From assembly GCA_963667015.2 (NCBI GenBank), contig CAXXJJ010000004.1, positions 4,077,662 to 4,141,661 on the forward strand: a DNA stretch of 64,000 nucleotides. The letters are read 5' to 3'. The translations under genes were made by a program, and so were the position numbers. Position 1 is the first letter of the stretch, and each line of letters starts with the position of its first letter. Below are positions 40,149 to 48,571 of this stretch, in pieces. The notes under the pieces are model-generated. The model was not told the DNA's origin, did not search any database, and worked only from the letters and a program-made list of their open reading frames with translations. This DNA is from Desulfatiglandales bacterium (GTDB lineage Bacteria > Desulfobacterota > DSM-4660 > Desulfatiglandales > HGW-15).

Positions 40149-40229
40149 AATCTGTCGCTTCACAAGACCACGAGGGGCTTCTTTCAATTTTTGCTGAGCA
40201 TCTCGGCGTGGCTTGTGAGCTGGCCGTTA
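40149..40229 (+). other. attC9 (R'' damaged; R' interrupted by intron; rejoined GTTA|ACC)
   Basis: GCTTCACAAGACCACG...CGTGGCTTGTGAGC..CGTTA; expected ATCTAAC reduced to AATCT. Confidence 0.8.
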
Positions 40230-42185
40230 GTGCGCCAAGCGCAGCTTGGTGCTTCTTATAGAGTGACCTGTCACACTCAAGTAGTAAGGTATGACAGGAA
40301 GTCTTTATCGGGCAAAGCCTAGCCAGCAGCCCGTACCGAGTGTTGCGTGATTGGGAAGGATAGGCAGTATTATGATGCTGAACGACTCACACGAAGCGTA
40401 CACAGGGAACACTATAGGCCGCAGGGAGGACGTACCCTCCTTAAGCAATTCAGCCCCGTTAGTTGCAATAGAGCAGTTGGCGACAGCCTTAACGAGTTGG
40501 AAGCCTGAATAATTGAATCGCAATGGCAAGATTCATGAGAGGCTGCCGGGGTCCGAGAGCGTGGCATGTAGTGAGAGAAGCATCAGGAACTTGGGAGACC
40601 CTTAACGTCTCCTCCTTTAGAGAGGTAGGGAGTTACAACCAAAAGAAGGACAACCGAAGGACTTAAGGGAGTCAGATCATCTCATAGTACTCTGAGACGG
40701 TAGGGCCGATCACAGGAGCCTGCTTGGCAGGCCGGGGAAGGGGATGACGGTATTACGCAGTCCGCAAAGGAAACATATGCAGATAAGAAAGGCTGAACAA
40801 CATATGCAAACCTCACTGCGGGGAATAGCAAAGAAAGCGAAGGAAGATCCTAAACACAAGTTCGGAAACCTCTACAGTCTCCTGAACGAGAGAAACCTAA
40901 AATGGAGCTTTCCTCAGCTAAACAGGAAAGCTGCCCCCGGAATAGATGACGTTGACTATAAAGAATTCAAATCCAATCTGGATGAGAATATCAGGAATAT
41001 AGTCATGGATTTGAAGGGTAAGAGGTATAAGGCAAAGCTTGTACGTCGTCGTTATATACCCAAATCCGGGGGAAGAAGACCTCTGGGGATACCTGTTGTA
41101 GGAGACAAGACATTACAAACGGCAGCAGCCTCGATACTATCAGCAATATATGAGGCAGATTTTATGCCGTTCAGTCATGGATACCGGAGAGGAAGAGGAC
41201 CTCAGAAAGCGGCATTGAAACTAAGTGAACTGATCCACAGAGGAAAGTTCCGGTGGATAGTTGATGCTGATATCAAGGGGTTCTTTGACAATCTAAATCA
41301 TGACTGGCTGATCCGCATGTTGTCTGAGCGAATCAAAGATAAATCATTTCTTGGACTAATAAGGAAATGGTTAAAGGCAGGGATACTGGAGGAAGATGGT
41401 CAGGTGATATATCCTGTAACCGGAACTCCACAGGGCGGCACAGTATCGGCAGTTCTTGCAAATATTTATCTTCATTATGCGCTGGATATATGGTTTGAGA
41501 AAGTAGTAAAGTCACGGTGCGATGGAGATGTAATACTGATGAGATATGCTGATGATTTTGTTGTCTGTTTTCAGTATCACCGGGATGCTCGAAGATTTTA
41601 TAATGAACTGGGCGGAAGGCTCGGAAAGTTTGGTCTTGAGTTATCACAGGAAAAGACAAGAATGATTGAATTTACAAGGTTTATAACCGAAGGGAGTAAT
41701 GTATTTACCTTTCTGGGTTTTGAATACCGCTGGGGCGTGAGCAGGAAAGGAAAGCCTTTAGTAAAGATGCGAACGTCAAAGGGTAAATTCAAGGCAGCAA
41801 TAGCCAACTTCTTATCCTGGATCAAGAAAGAGCGCAGTAAGCTTGGAACAAGGGCATTGTTCGTGAAGATGAGGCAGAAACTGCAGGGACACTTTAACTA
41901 CTATGGAGTAAGTGGCAATATTGAAATGCTTATGAAATATTACCATGAAGCCTTGGAGATAATGTTTAAGTGGCTGAACCGCAGGAGCCAACGGAAAAGC
42001 TGTACGTTTAAAAGGTTCATAGGGATGGTTGAATATTTTAAAATACCCCGTCCCCGAATAATAGGATATTGGGATTAACCGATCGCTTTTGTACGAAGCG
42101 AGTAATACTGAGGAGCCTTGTGCGGGAAAACCGCACGCAGGGATCTGCGAGGGGACGGTCAGGTAACTGGCCGTTCTACCTTGAT
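40230..42185 (+). mobile_element. Group II intron, copy 2 (1956 bp)
   Basis: Same sequence as copy 1 by eye (offset 8618); identical RT translation. Confidence 0.95.
40804..42078 (+). CDS. ltrA: Group II intron reverse transcriptase/maturase
   Basis: Identical to 32186-33460. Confidence 0.95.
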   Translation: MQTSLRGIAKKAKEDPKHKFGNLYSLLNERNLKWSFPQLNRKAAPGIDDVDYKEFKSNLDENIRNIVMDLKGKRYKAKLVRRRYIPKSGGRRPLGIPVVGDKTLQTAAASILSAIYEADFMPFSHGYRRGRGPQKAALKLSELIHRGKFRWIVDADIKGFFDNLNHDWLIRMLSERIKDKSFLGLIRKWLKAGILEEDGQVIYPVTGTPQGGTVSAVLANIYLHYALDIWFEKVVKSRCDGDVILMRYADDFVVCFQYHRDARRFYNELGGRLGKFGLELSQEKTRMIEFTRFITEGSNVFTFLGFEYRWGVSRKGKPLVKMRTSKGKFKAAIANFLSWIKKERSKLGTRALFVKMRQKLQGHFNYYGVSGNIEMLMKYYHEALEIMFKWLNRRSQRKSCTFKRFIGMVEYFKIPRPRIIGYWD

Positions 42186-42208
42186 ACCCAAAACAGGAAA
42201 GATAAAAA

Positions 42209-42625
42209 ATGGCTGTCTCATTTAGTGATATTGAAAATGCATTCTTATTTGTAAGTATGGACCAGCAATTTATGCATATGGCATACTTATGCAAGGAAAC
42301 AGGGGAAATATTCTATACCTCAGAAATGGGTGATTCGGATGAACTTCCTGAAGATATTGACGATCAGGATAAATATATATCCATCCCTCATAAAAATGAT
42401 CTTGACCTTGGTAAACCTTTAGTTATTGAATTCACCTCCAAATATCTACAGGAAGATTTAGATAATGTATACTCCATTTTTAGAAGAAAAGGTGCATACT
42501 CAAGGTATAAAGATTTCCTGGAAAATAAAGGTATACTGAAAGATTGGTACGATTTTGAAAACGAACGTCAAACAGTAGCACTTAAAGAATGGTGCAAAGA
42601 AAATAGTATAGTAATTAAGGGTTAA
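42209..42625 (+). CDS. Cassette 10 UPF0158 family protein
   Basis: AYLCKETGEIFY..IPHKNDLDLG..FRRKGAYSRYKD..W..EWC. Confidence 0.8.
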   Translation: MAVSFSDIENAFLFVSMDQQFMHMAYLCKETGEIFYTSEMGDSDELPEDIDDQDKYISIPHKNDLDLGKPLVIEFTSKYLQEDLDNVYSIFRRKGAYSRYKDFLENKGILKDWYDFENERQTVALKEWCKENSIVIKG

Positions 42626-42748
42626 CCATGCAATCAAGCGGATTTGCTGGTCTTTCTTGCCGGTTGGAATTCATCAGTTTAAATGAGCTTCCTACTTAAT
42701 TGTTCATCGGCACCATTAACCCGCGATCCCTTATCGCGCACGTTCTGT
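42620..42748 (+). other. attC10
   Basis: GGTTAAC..AAGCGGATTTGC...GCGATCCCTT..GTTCTGT. Confidence 0.85.
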
Positions 42749-42762
42749 GAGGATACTATATT

Positions 42763-43152
42763 ATGAAGATTGAACATATTGCCCTGTGGGCTAAAAATAT
42801 CGAAGCATTGAAATCGTTTTACGAAAAATATTTTAATGCGCAATCAAATAATAAATACACAAATCCAAGAAAACGTTTCTCATCCTACTTCCTTAGTTTT
42901 GATTCAGGTGCACGATTGGAGATAATGCAAATGGATTCGGTACCGGATACAAAAGACAACCCTTATGATCAATTTATCGGGTATATTCACATAGCTATTT
43001 CAGTCGGTTCAGAAGAGAAAGTAAATGTTTTAACAGCAAAATTATTGGAAGATGGTTTTGAAATACTTGATGGCCCAAGAAGAACCGGCGATGGTTATTA
43101 CGAAAGTGTTGTTTTGGATCCAGAGCAAAATCGGGTTGAAATCACAGTTTAA
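42763..43152 (+). CDS. Cassette 11 VOC/glyoxalase family protein
   Basis: MKIEHIALW..HIAISVGS..GPRRTGDGYYESVVLDPE. Confidence 0.9.
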   Translation: MKIEHIALWAKNIEALKSFYEKYFNAQSNNKYTNPRKRFSSYFLSFDSGARLEIMQMDSVPDTKDNPYDQFIGYIHIAISVGSEEKVNVLTAKLLEDGFEILDGPRRTGDGYYESVVLDPEQNRVEITV

Positions 43153-43156
43153 ATCC

Positions 43157-43289
43157 ACAGAACCAGCGCATTTACTAAGACCGGACCTTTTTCTTTGCTT
43201 TTTATGAACTATCTATGATCATCAACCTTTTTACTTTTTAAATGGCAGGTCGGTTTGCGTCGCCCGGCTTTTAATGCACACAGTTAGCT
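43157..43289 (+). other. attC11
   Basis: ACAGAAC..GCATT..AAGACCGG...CCGGCTT..AATGC..GTTAGCT. Confidence 0.85.
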
Positions 43290-43317
43290 GCATTCTTTAC
43301 ATTGAAAAAGGAGTATT

Positions 43318-43965
43318 ATGAGTATTAACATTCGATTAGAAACTAAAGACGATTACTTCAAAGTTGAAGAACTGACACGAGAAGCGTTCTGGAATTTATA
43401 TGCTCCAGGATGTGATGAACACTATTTATGCCATATTCTGCGCGATCACAAAGACTTTATCAAAGAACTTGATTTTGTCGCAGAAATAGATGGAAATATA
43501 ATAGCTTCAATCATGTATACAGATTCGTACCTTTTAAGTGATGACTTGGAAAAGGTGAAAATTGTTTCATTTGGCCCTTTATGTGTTCATCCTGATTATC
43601 AGCGGAAAGGAATCGGTACAGCATTAATTGAAAAGACTAAATCGCTGGTGGAAAAAAGAAATATTCCGGCGATTGCCATTTACGGAGATCCTCATAATTA
43701 CTGTAAGCATGGGTTTAAGAATGGAATTGACTACAAGGTCAGCAATATGGATGGAGAGTATCCTTTAGGATTATTAGTTTTAGAGCTTCAGCCTGGATTC
43801 TTTGGAAATAAAGAATGGAAGGTGAAACAAAGTGATGCATTTATTTTTGATCATGAGAAAGCCATAGAATTTGACAGGAAGTTTAAGGAAAAAGAAAAGA
43901 AAATCCAATACAGTCAGGAGCTATTTAAAATACAGATCAGGTCTTTCTTAAAAAAACTCAGCTAA
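43318..43965 (+). CDS. Cassette 12 GNAT N-acetyltransferase
   Basis: TREAFWN..GPLCVHPDYQRKGIGTALI..YGDP. Confidence 0.88.
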   Translation: MSINIRLETKDDYFKVEELTREAFWNLYAPGCDEHYLCHILRDHKDFIKELDFVAEIDGNIIASIMYTDSYLLSDDLEKVKIVSFGPLCVHPDYQRKGIGTALIEKTKSLVEKRNIPAIAIYGDPHNYCKHGFKNGIDYKVSNMDGEYPLGLLVLELQPGFFGNKEWKVKQSDAFIFDHEKAIEFDRKFKEKEKKIQYSQELFKIQIRSFLKKLS

Positions 43966-44263
43966 AAGTTTCCACCGGATCGAATAAAATAGAATTGGAA
44001 AATATTTAAAAGCTCAAGCCATTAATGAACCCGAGCCGTCGATAGCCTTTCTGGTTATTCATTGCGTTGAGTTGAAAGGGAAAAATATTGCATGCTCATA
44101 TTGTTATACAAAATAGTGTCTAGAGGCATTTAAACCTAAAAAGGAACAATTCAGGAAATGGTATAATTTGTTTATGACTCTAGATCAAAGACGTTTAAAC
44201 TGTATCAGGAGCTTGCTCAGCAGGGCGAGGCATATTATTTGAACCGCTGAAAAGGAGAATTTT

Positions 44264-44809
44264 ATGAAATGTCTGGTCTGTAATAGTGAATCAATTTTTG
44301 AGAAAGTTGTTGAAGAAAAGTTAAGAGTAAAAGAATGTAAAGAGTGCGGCGGACAATGGGTTCCCTCTTCACAATATTATTCATGGCTTGAACGACATGG
44401 ACCTGTTCTCCCTGAGGTGCAATATTCCGAAGTAACCTATGAAGTTATTGATTCACAGAATGCCAAGCTGTGCCCTGACTGCGGACGAATACTGCTGAGA
44501 TTTAAAATAGGTCATGGTCTCCAGTTCAGCCTGGATCACTGCAGCAGCTGTAATGGTGTCTGGTTTGATAAAAATGAATGGAAAGCCCTTGTGAGCAGAA
44601 ATCTTCATGATGAACTTCCCAGGATATTTTCAACAGAATGGCAAAAGCATATCCGAAATGAGGAAAAAACCAGATATTATGAAGAGGTCTACAGCACAAA
44701 GTTTGGTGATCAGTATAATCGCATTAAAGAGTTCAAGCAATGGCTCGATGATCAGGAGCGGAAGCCGGCTATACTGGCTTTTTTAGCAGATCCTGATCCT
44801 TATAAATAA
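44264..44809 (+). CDS. Double zinc-ribbon (zf-TFIIB-like) protein
   Basis: CLVC/CKECGGQW and CPDC/CSSCNGVWFD. Confidence 0.8.
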   Translation: MKCLVCNSESIFEKVVEEKLRVKECKECGGQWVPSSQYYSWLERHGPVLPEVQYSEVTYEVIDSQNAKLCPDCGRILLRFKIGHGLQFSLDHCSSCNGVWFDKNEWKALVSRNLHDELPRIFSTEWQKHIRNEEKTRYYEEVYSTKFGDQYNRIKEFKQWLDDQERKPAILAFLADPDPYK

Positions 44810-44850
44810 GCTTTACTTCCCTAGAGCAGCTCGCTGGGTAGAGGAATAGA

Positions 44851-45552
44851 ATGAAAAAGATATCTTCATGGCAGTATGATGAGTTTAAACAGGTTGGTGT
44901 CGATTATGACAGTCAGGAACAGGTTGCGGCATATGACTCACGTCATACACAGTTTAGAGACATAGAAGCTGAAGGCACGGGCATCCTCGATGCCCTTTCA
45001 GTCACTCCGAAGTCGGTAGTGATAGAACTTGGAACAGGAACCGGAGCATTTGCTGTCTGCGCGGCTAAACGATGCGCAGGCGTATATGCAGTGGATGTTT
45101 CTGTCCCCATGCTTGAATTTGCAAGGCAAAAGGCTGAAAGGGTCGGGATCAAAAATATCACCTTCTGTCATGCCGGCTTCCTGACATACGAGCATGCCGG
45201 CACACCTGCAGATGCCCTTGTGACCAGCATGGCCTTTCATCATCTGCCGGATTTCTGGAAGGGCATTGCCCTTGGCCGCATGAACAGCATGCTCAAGACC
45301 GGAGGACTTTTGTACATTCACGATGTTGTATTTATGCAGGAGGATGCCGGGAACAACATCTCACGCTGGATTGATCAGTTAGTAGAGGCTGGAGGAACAA
45401 AGCTTGGAGATGAAGTTGCGGCACATGTCAGAGAGGAGTTTTCAACCTTTGACTGGATAATGGACGGCCTGCTTGAAAGAGCCGGGTTCAAAATCCTGTC
45501 TAAAGAGTTGACAGGTGGTGTCATTGGGACATATCTGTGTAAAAAGGAATGA
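44851..45552 (+). CDS. Class I SAM-dependent methyltransferase
   Basis: VIELGTGTG; AFHHLPD; LKTGG. Confidence 0.88.
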   Translation: MKKISSWQYDEFKQVGVDYDSQEQVAAYDSRHTQFRDIEAEGTGILDALSVTPKSVVIELGTGTGAFAVCAAKRCAGVYAVDVSVPMLEFARQKAERVGIKNITFCHAGFLTYEHAGTPADALVTSMAFHHLPDFWKGIALGRMNSMLKTGGLLYIHDVVFMQEDAGNNISRWIDQLVEAGGTKLGDEVAAHVREEFSTFDWIMDGLLERAGFKILSKELTGGVIGTYLCKKE

Positions 45553-45793
45553 GCTGTTGTAAAATATATCGACACTTTAGCGAACATGTCCCAAGATGCC
45601 TGCAGCATGTTTTGGAGAAAAAACTTGAGAACATATCCCGGGCGGTTGACAAAGAGGTCGGAAGAAGAGAAAAAACACCGGACGAGTTTTATGATTATTT
45701 GAACACGGTTTTGCCTAAAAACAGTATTTAGCAGTAGTATACTAATCAAAGATTGAGGAGAGCTAAATAATTTGTGAAAGGAGCAGGTTATAC

Positions 45794-46033
45794 ATGACAG
45801 ATCCCGAAATAGAAGAACTCAAGCAGGAGGCCAGCCAGAGGCTTCAGGAATACATTAACCTTATTGAGGGCACTAACGAATCACTGCTGACCACATTAAA
45901 ACAGTGTGTATCACTGTTAACCCAGTTTGCCGGTGCAGTTCCCGACCCCAAGCCCTTTAGAGAATTGCTGGATCACCTGGGAAAAATAATTGATGCAGGG
46001 GAACAGGTGGTTTCTAAAAAGACAGTACACTGA
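45794..46033 (+). CDS. Small hypothetical protein
   Basis: AAGGAG RBS, 79 aa, helical. Confidence 0.6.
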   Translation: MTDPEIEELKQEASQRLQEYINLIEGTNESLLTTLKQCVSLLTQFAGAVPDPKPFRELLDHLGKIIDAGEQVVSKKTVH

Positions 46034-46076
46034 TAAAATGTACCGGTGGAAAATCTGACATGGTAAGGGAAACATT

Positions 46077-47288
46077 ATGATCGATGAGCTGATCGAAACA
46101 GCCAAAAAAAAAGGAGCAAGTGATTTACATCTGGAATCAGGTCTCCCGGCGATATACAGGGTTAATGGTGAACTCAATATTCAGGGAGAAGCGATATCAT
46201 CTGATGCATTATATGACATTGCCAGGCAAATAGTAGATAACGAGAATTGGCCGGACTTTGTCAATAATGGGTCATTTGATACCTCAAGAAATATTCAAAA
46301 TGTCCGGTGTCGTATTAACGTTTTAAAGACTTACAGGGGAATAGGTCTTGCAATTCGTCTTCTGTCAACATTCCAGCCTACAGTTGAGAAATTAAACCTT
46401 CACCCGGACATACATAGTATAATTGAACACAGTCATGGTCTTGTACTTTTTTGCGGCCCCACAGGAAGCGGCAAGTCTTCAACTATGGCGGCACTTATTC
46501 AGGAACTGAACCTGGCCAGATCAAAGCATATAATCACTATTGAGAATCCCATCGAGTATCACTTCAAGATGATCCGTTCTATCATTAGACAGCGGGAAGT
46601 TGGAAGAGACACTCCTTCCTTTTCTCAGGCCATCATAGATTCAATGCGTGAAGATCCTGATGTCCTGATGGTTGGAGAAATGCGCGAACCGGATGTTATG
46701 AGGCTGACATTAAACGCTGCTGAAACAGGACATCTTGTTTTTGCTACTATCCATTCCGGTTCATCAGAAGAGGCAATATATCGGCTGGTCAATGCCTTTC
46801 CCGCGGAAATGCAGGACAACGTCAGGACCCAGATTGCGGACTGTTTACTTGCAGTTATTTGTCAGCGGCTGGTCTATCGATCCGATATTAAAATGAGGGT
46901 TGCTGAATGTGAGATATTAAATACAAATTTTGCTGTAAAATCGATTATCAGAAGTGGAAAGTATTCAAAAATCAGAGACATTCTGCAGACAGGCAGCGAA
47001 GATAAAATGTGGTCATTCGAGCGATATAAGGAATGGCTGAATAATCGAAAAACATGGTATTTCCCTAAAAATGAATTTACAGGGAACCCAATTGAATTAA
47101 ACAGGAATGATGAAGTATTAAACACGGATAATACCGGCAGATCCAGGCCGGTACCAGGCATCAGTGTAGCCGGGCATAACAGGAGTATTTCCCAAAACAG
47201 GAGAAACCCTGATAATGAAAACATTCAAAGGGGAGTGTATAGCATTGATGAAGATGATGATATACATACTGTTTTAAAAGATGTTTGA
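46077..47288 (+). CDS. pilT: PilT/PilU-family retraction ATPase
   Basis: ASDLHL, GPTGSGKSST, TIENPIE, REDPDV..GEMR, AETGHLVFATIH. Confidence 0.85.
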   Translation: MIDELIETAKKKGASDLHLESGLPAIYRVNGELNIQGEAISSDALYDIARQIVDNENWPDFVNNGSFDTSRNIQNVRCRINVLKTYRGIGLAIRLLSTFQPTVEKLNLHPDIHSIIEHSHGLVLFCGPTGSGKSSTMAALIQELNLARSKHIITIENPIEYHFKMIRSIIRQREVGRDTPSFSQAIIDSMREDPDVLMVGEMREPDVMRLTLNAAETGHLVFATIHSGSSEEAIYRLVNAFPAEMQDNVRTQIADCLLAVICQRLVYRSDIKMRVAECEILNTNFAVKSIIRSGKYSKIRDILQTGSEDKMWSFERYKEWLNNRKTWYFPKNEFTGNPIELNRNDEVLNTDNTGRSRPVPGISVAGHNRSISQNRRNPDNENIQRGVYSIDEDDDIHTVLKDV

Positions 47289-47434
47289 TGAGCCGGGGGA
47301 ATAAGAAATTTAAAGATATTTTAAGGTTTAAAATTGGAAATGGAATTACACCTTCTTCCAGGCAACCCAGCAGGGTTGCAGGTGACCGGCTGATATGTCA
47401 ATGCTCGTTAGGCGTATATGAAAGGATATTTGAC

Positions 47435-48472
47435 ATGAGTGAAAAGACGATAGATTTGCGGAGCGACACCGTTACAAAGCCGACTCCGGATATGCGCAGG
47501 GCCATGGCAGCGGCGGAGGTGGGTGACGATGTCCTCGGGGACGATCCCACAGTAAAGGAGCTGGAGCGAAAAACTGCCGAGCTCCTTGGTAAGGATGCTG
47601 CGATCTTTGTCCCGTCAGGGACCATGGCAAATCAGCTGGCGATCCGCAGTCAGACCCAGCACGGTGATGAGATAATGCTTGATGCCAACGCGCATATCTA
47701 CTGGTATGAGGCCGGTGCATCGGCCGCCCTGTCCGGAGTGATCTGTCGGACTTTGCCGGGAGTGCGGGGCATATTTACAGCAGCGGATGTTCGTGCCGCA
47801 CTTCGTCCCGGGGATATACATTTTCCTCCGACAACACTGCTCGCAGTAGAAAATACCCATAACAGGGGCGGCGGGTCCATCTGGCCGCTGGAACAGATTC
47901 AGGAGGTATGCAGCGTTGCTCACGAGGCAGGTCTTCGCACACATCTTGACGGAGCCCGATTGTGGAACGCATCCGCTGCAACAGGAATTCCGGAGTCGGA
48001 CTACGCCAGGGACTTTGACAGTGTGAGTGTATGTTTTTCCAAGGGGCTTGGGGCACCGGTCGGATCGGCCCTTGCGGGAAGCACGGAATTTGTAGAGAGG
48101 GCCCGTCGTTTCCGCAAGCAGTTTGGCGGCGGAATGAGGCAGGCCGGAATAATCGCGGCCGGTGCACTCTATGCACTGCAGAACCACCGCGAACGAATGT
48201 CCGATGATCATGCAAACGCAAAGCTGCTCGCGTCAGAACTGAGCGGGATACCCGGGATCAGTGTAAGCAGCGACATGATTGATACAAATATGGTTTATTT
48301 TGATGTCGAGCAACGCCCTGCCCTGGAGGTAATCGGCCTGCTGAAGGAGATGAACATCCTGATTATGTCCACAGGGGAACACACGATCCGTGCTGTGACA
48401 AGCCTGGCTGTGGACGCCGATGACATCTCCAGGACTGTCGATGCGGTAAAAAAGATAATGTCATATTCATAA
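47435..48472 (+). CDS. ltaE: Low-specificity L-threonine aldolase
   Basis: IDLRSDTVT, SGTMANQ, ENTHN, HLDGARLWNA, CFSKGLGAPVGS. Confidence 0.92.
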   Translation: MSEKTIDLRSDTVTKPTPDMRRAMAAAEVGDDVLGDDPTVKELERKTAELLGKDAAIFVPSGTMANQLAIRSQTQHGDEIMLDANAHIYWYEAGASAALSGVICRTLPGVRGIFTAADVRAALRPGDIHFPPTTLLAVENTHNRGGGSIWPLEQIQEVCSVAHEAGLRTHLDGARLWNASAATGIPESDYARDFDSVSVCFSKGLGAPVGSALAGSTEFVERARRFRKQFGGGMRQAGIIAAGALYALQNHRERMSDDHANAKLLASELSGIPGISVSSDMIDTNMVYFDVEQRPALEVIGLLKEMNILIMSTGEHTIRAVTSLAVDADDISRTVDAVKKIMSYS

Positions 48473-48475
48473 AAA

Positions 48476-48517
48476 AGCCGGTCAGAAGCAGGAAAAAATC
48501 CCGTTTTCTGACCGGCT
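48476..48517. terminator. Terminator-like hairpin between convergent genes
   Basis: AGCCGGTCAGAA...TTCTGACCGGCT. Confidence 0.65.
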
Positions 48518-48571
48518 GTAATTTGCCTGACCCTGAAGATTCGGATTTACTTGATCAAAGTCTTATAATTC

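Larger units (their letters stand above)
30933..43966 (+). mobile_element. Integron gene-cassette array, 12 cassettes, no adjacent intI (CALIN-like)
   Basis: Eleven attC stem-loops plus a decayed twelfth; cassette 5' GTTnnnn matches its own 3' nnnnAAC in 10 of 12 cassettes (9 and 12 have damaged R''); short AT-rich ORFs. Confidence 0.92.

Noticed and set aside
45549..45731. 60-aa ORF after the methyltransferase
   Set aside because: No recognisable motif; may be a gene fragment but I cannot support a call
47285..47434. 50-aa N-terminal extension of LtaE
   Set aside because: Family similarity starts at MSEKTIDLRSDT, which has its own AAGGA RBS
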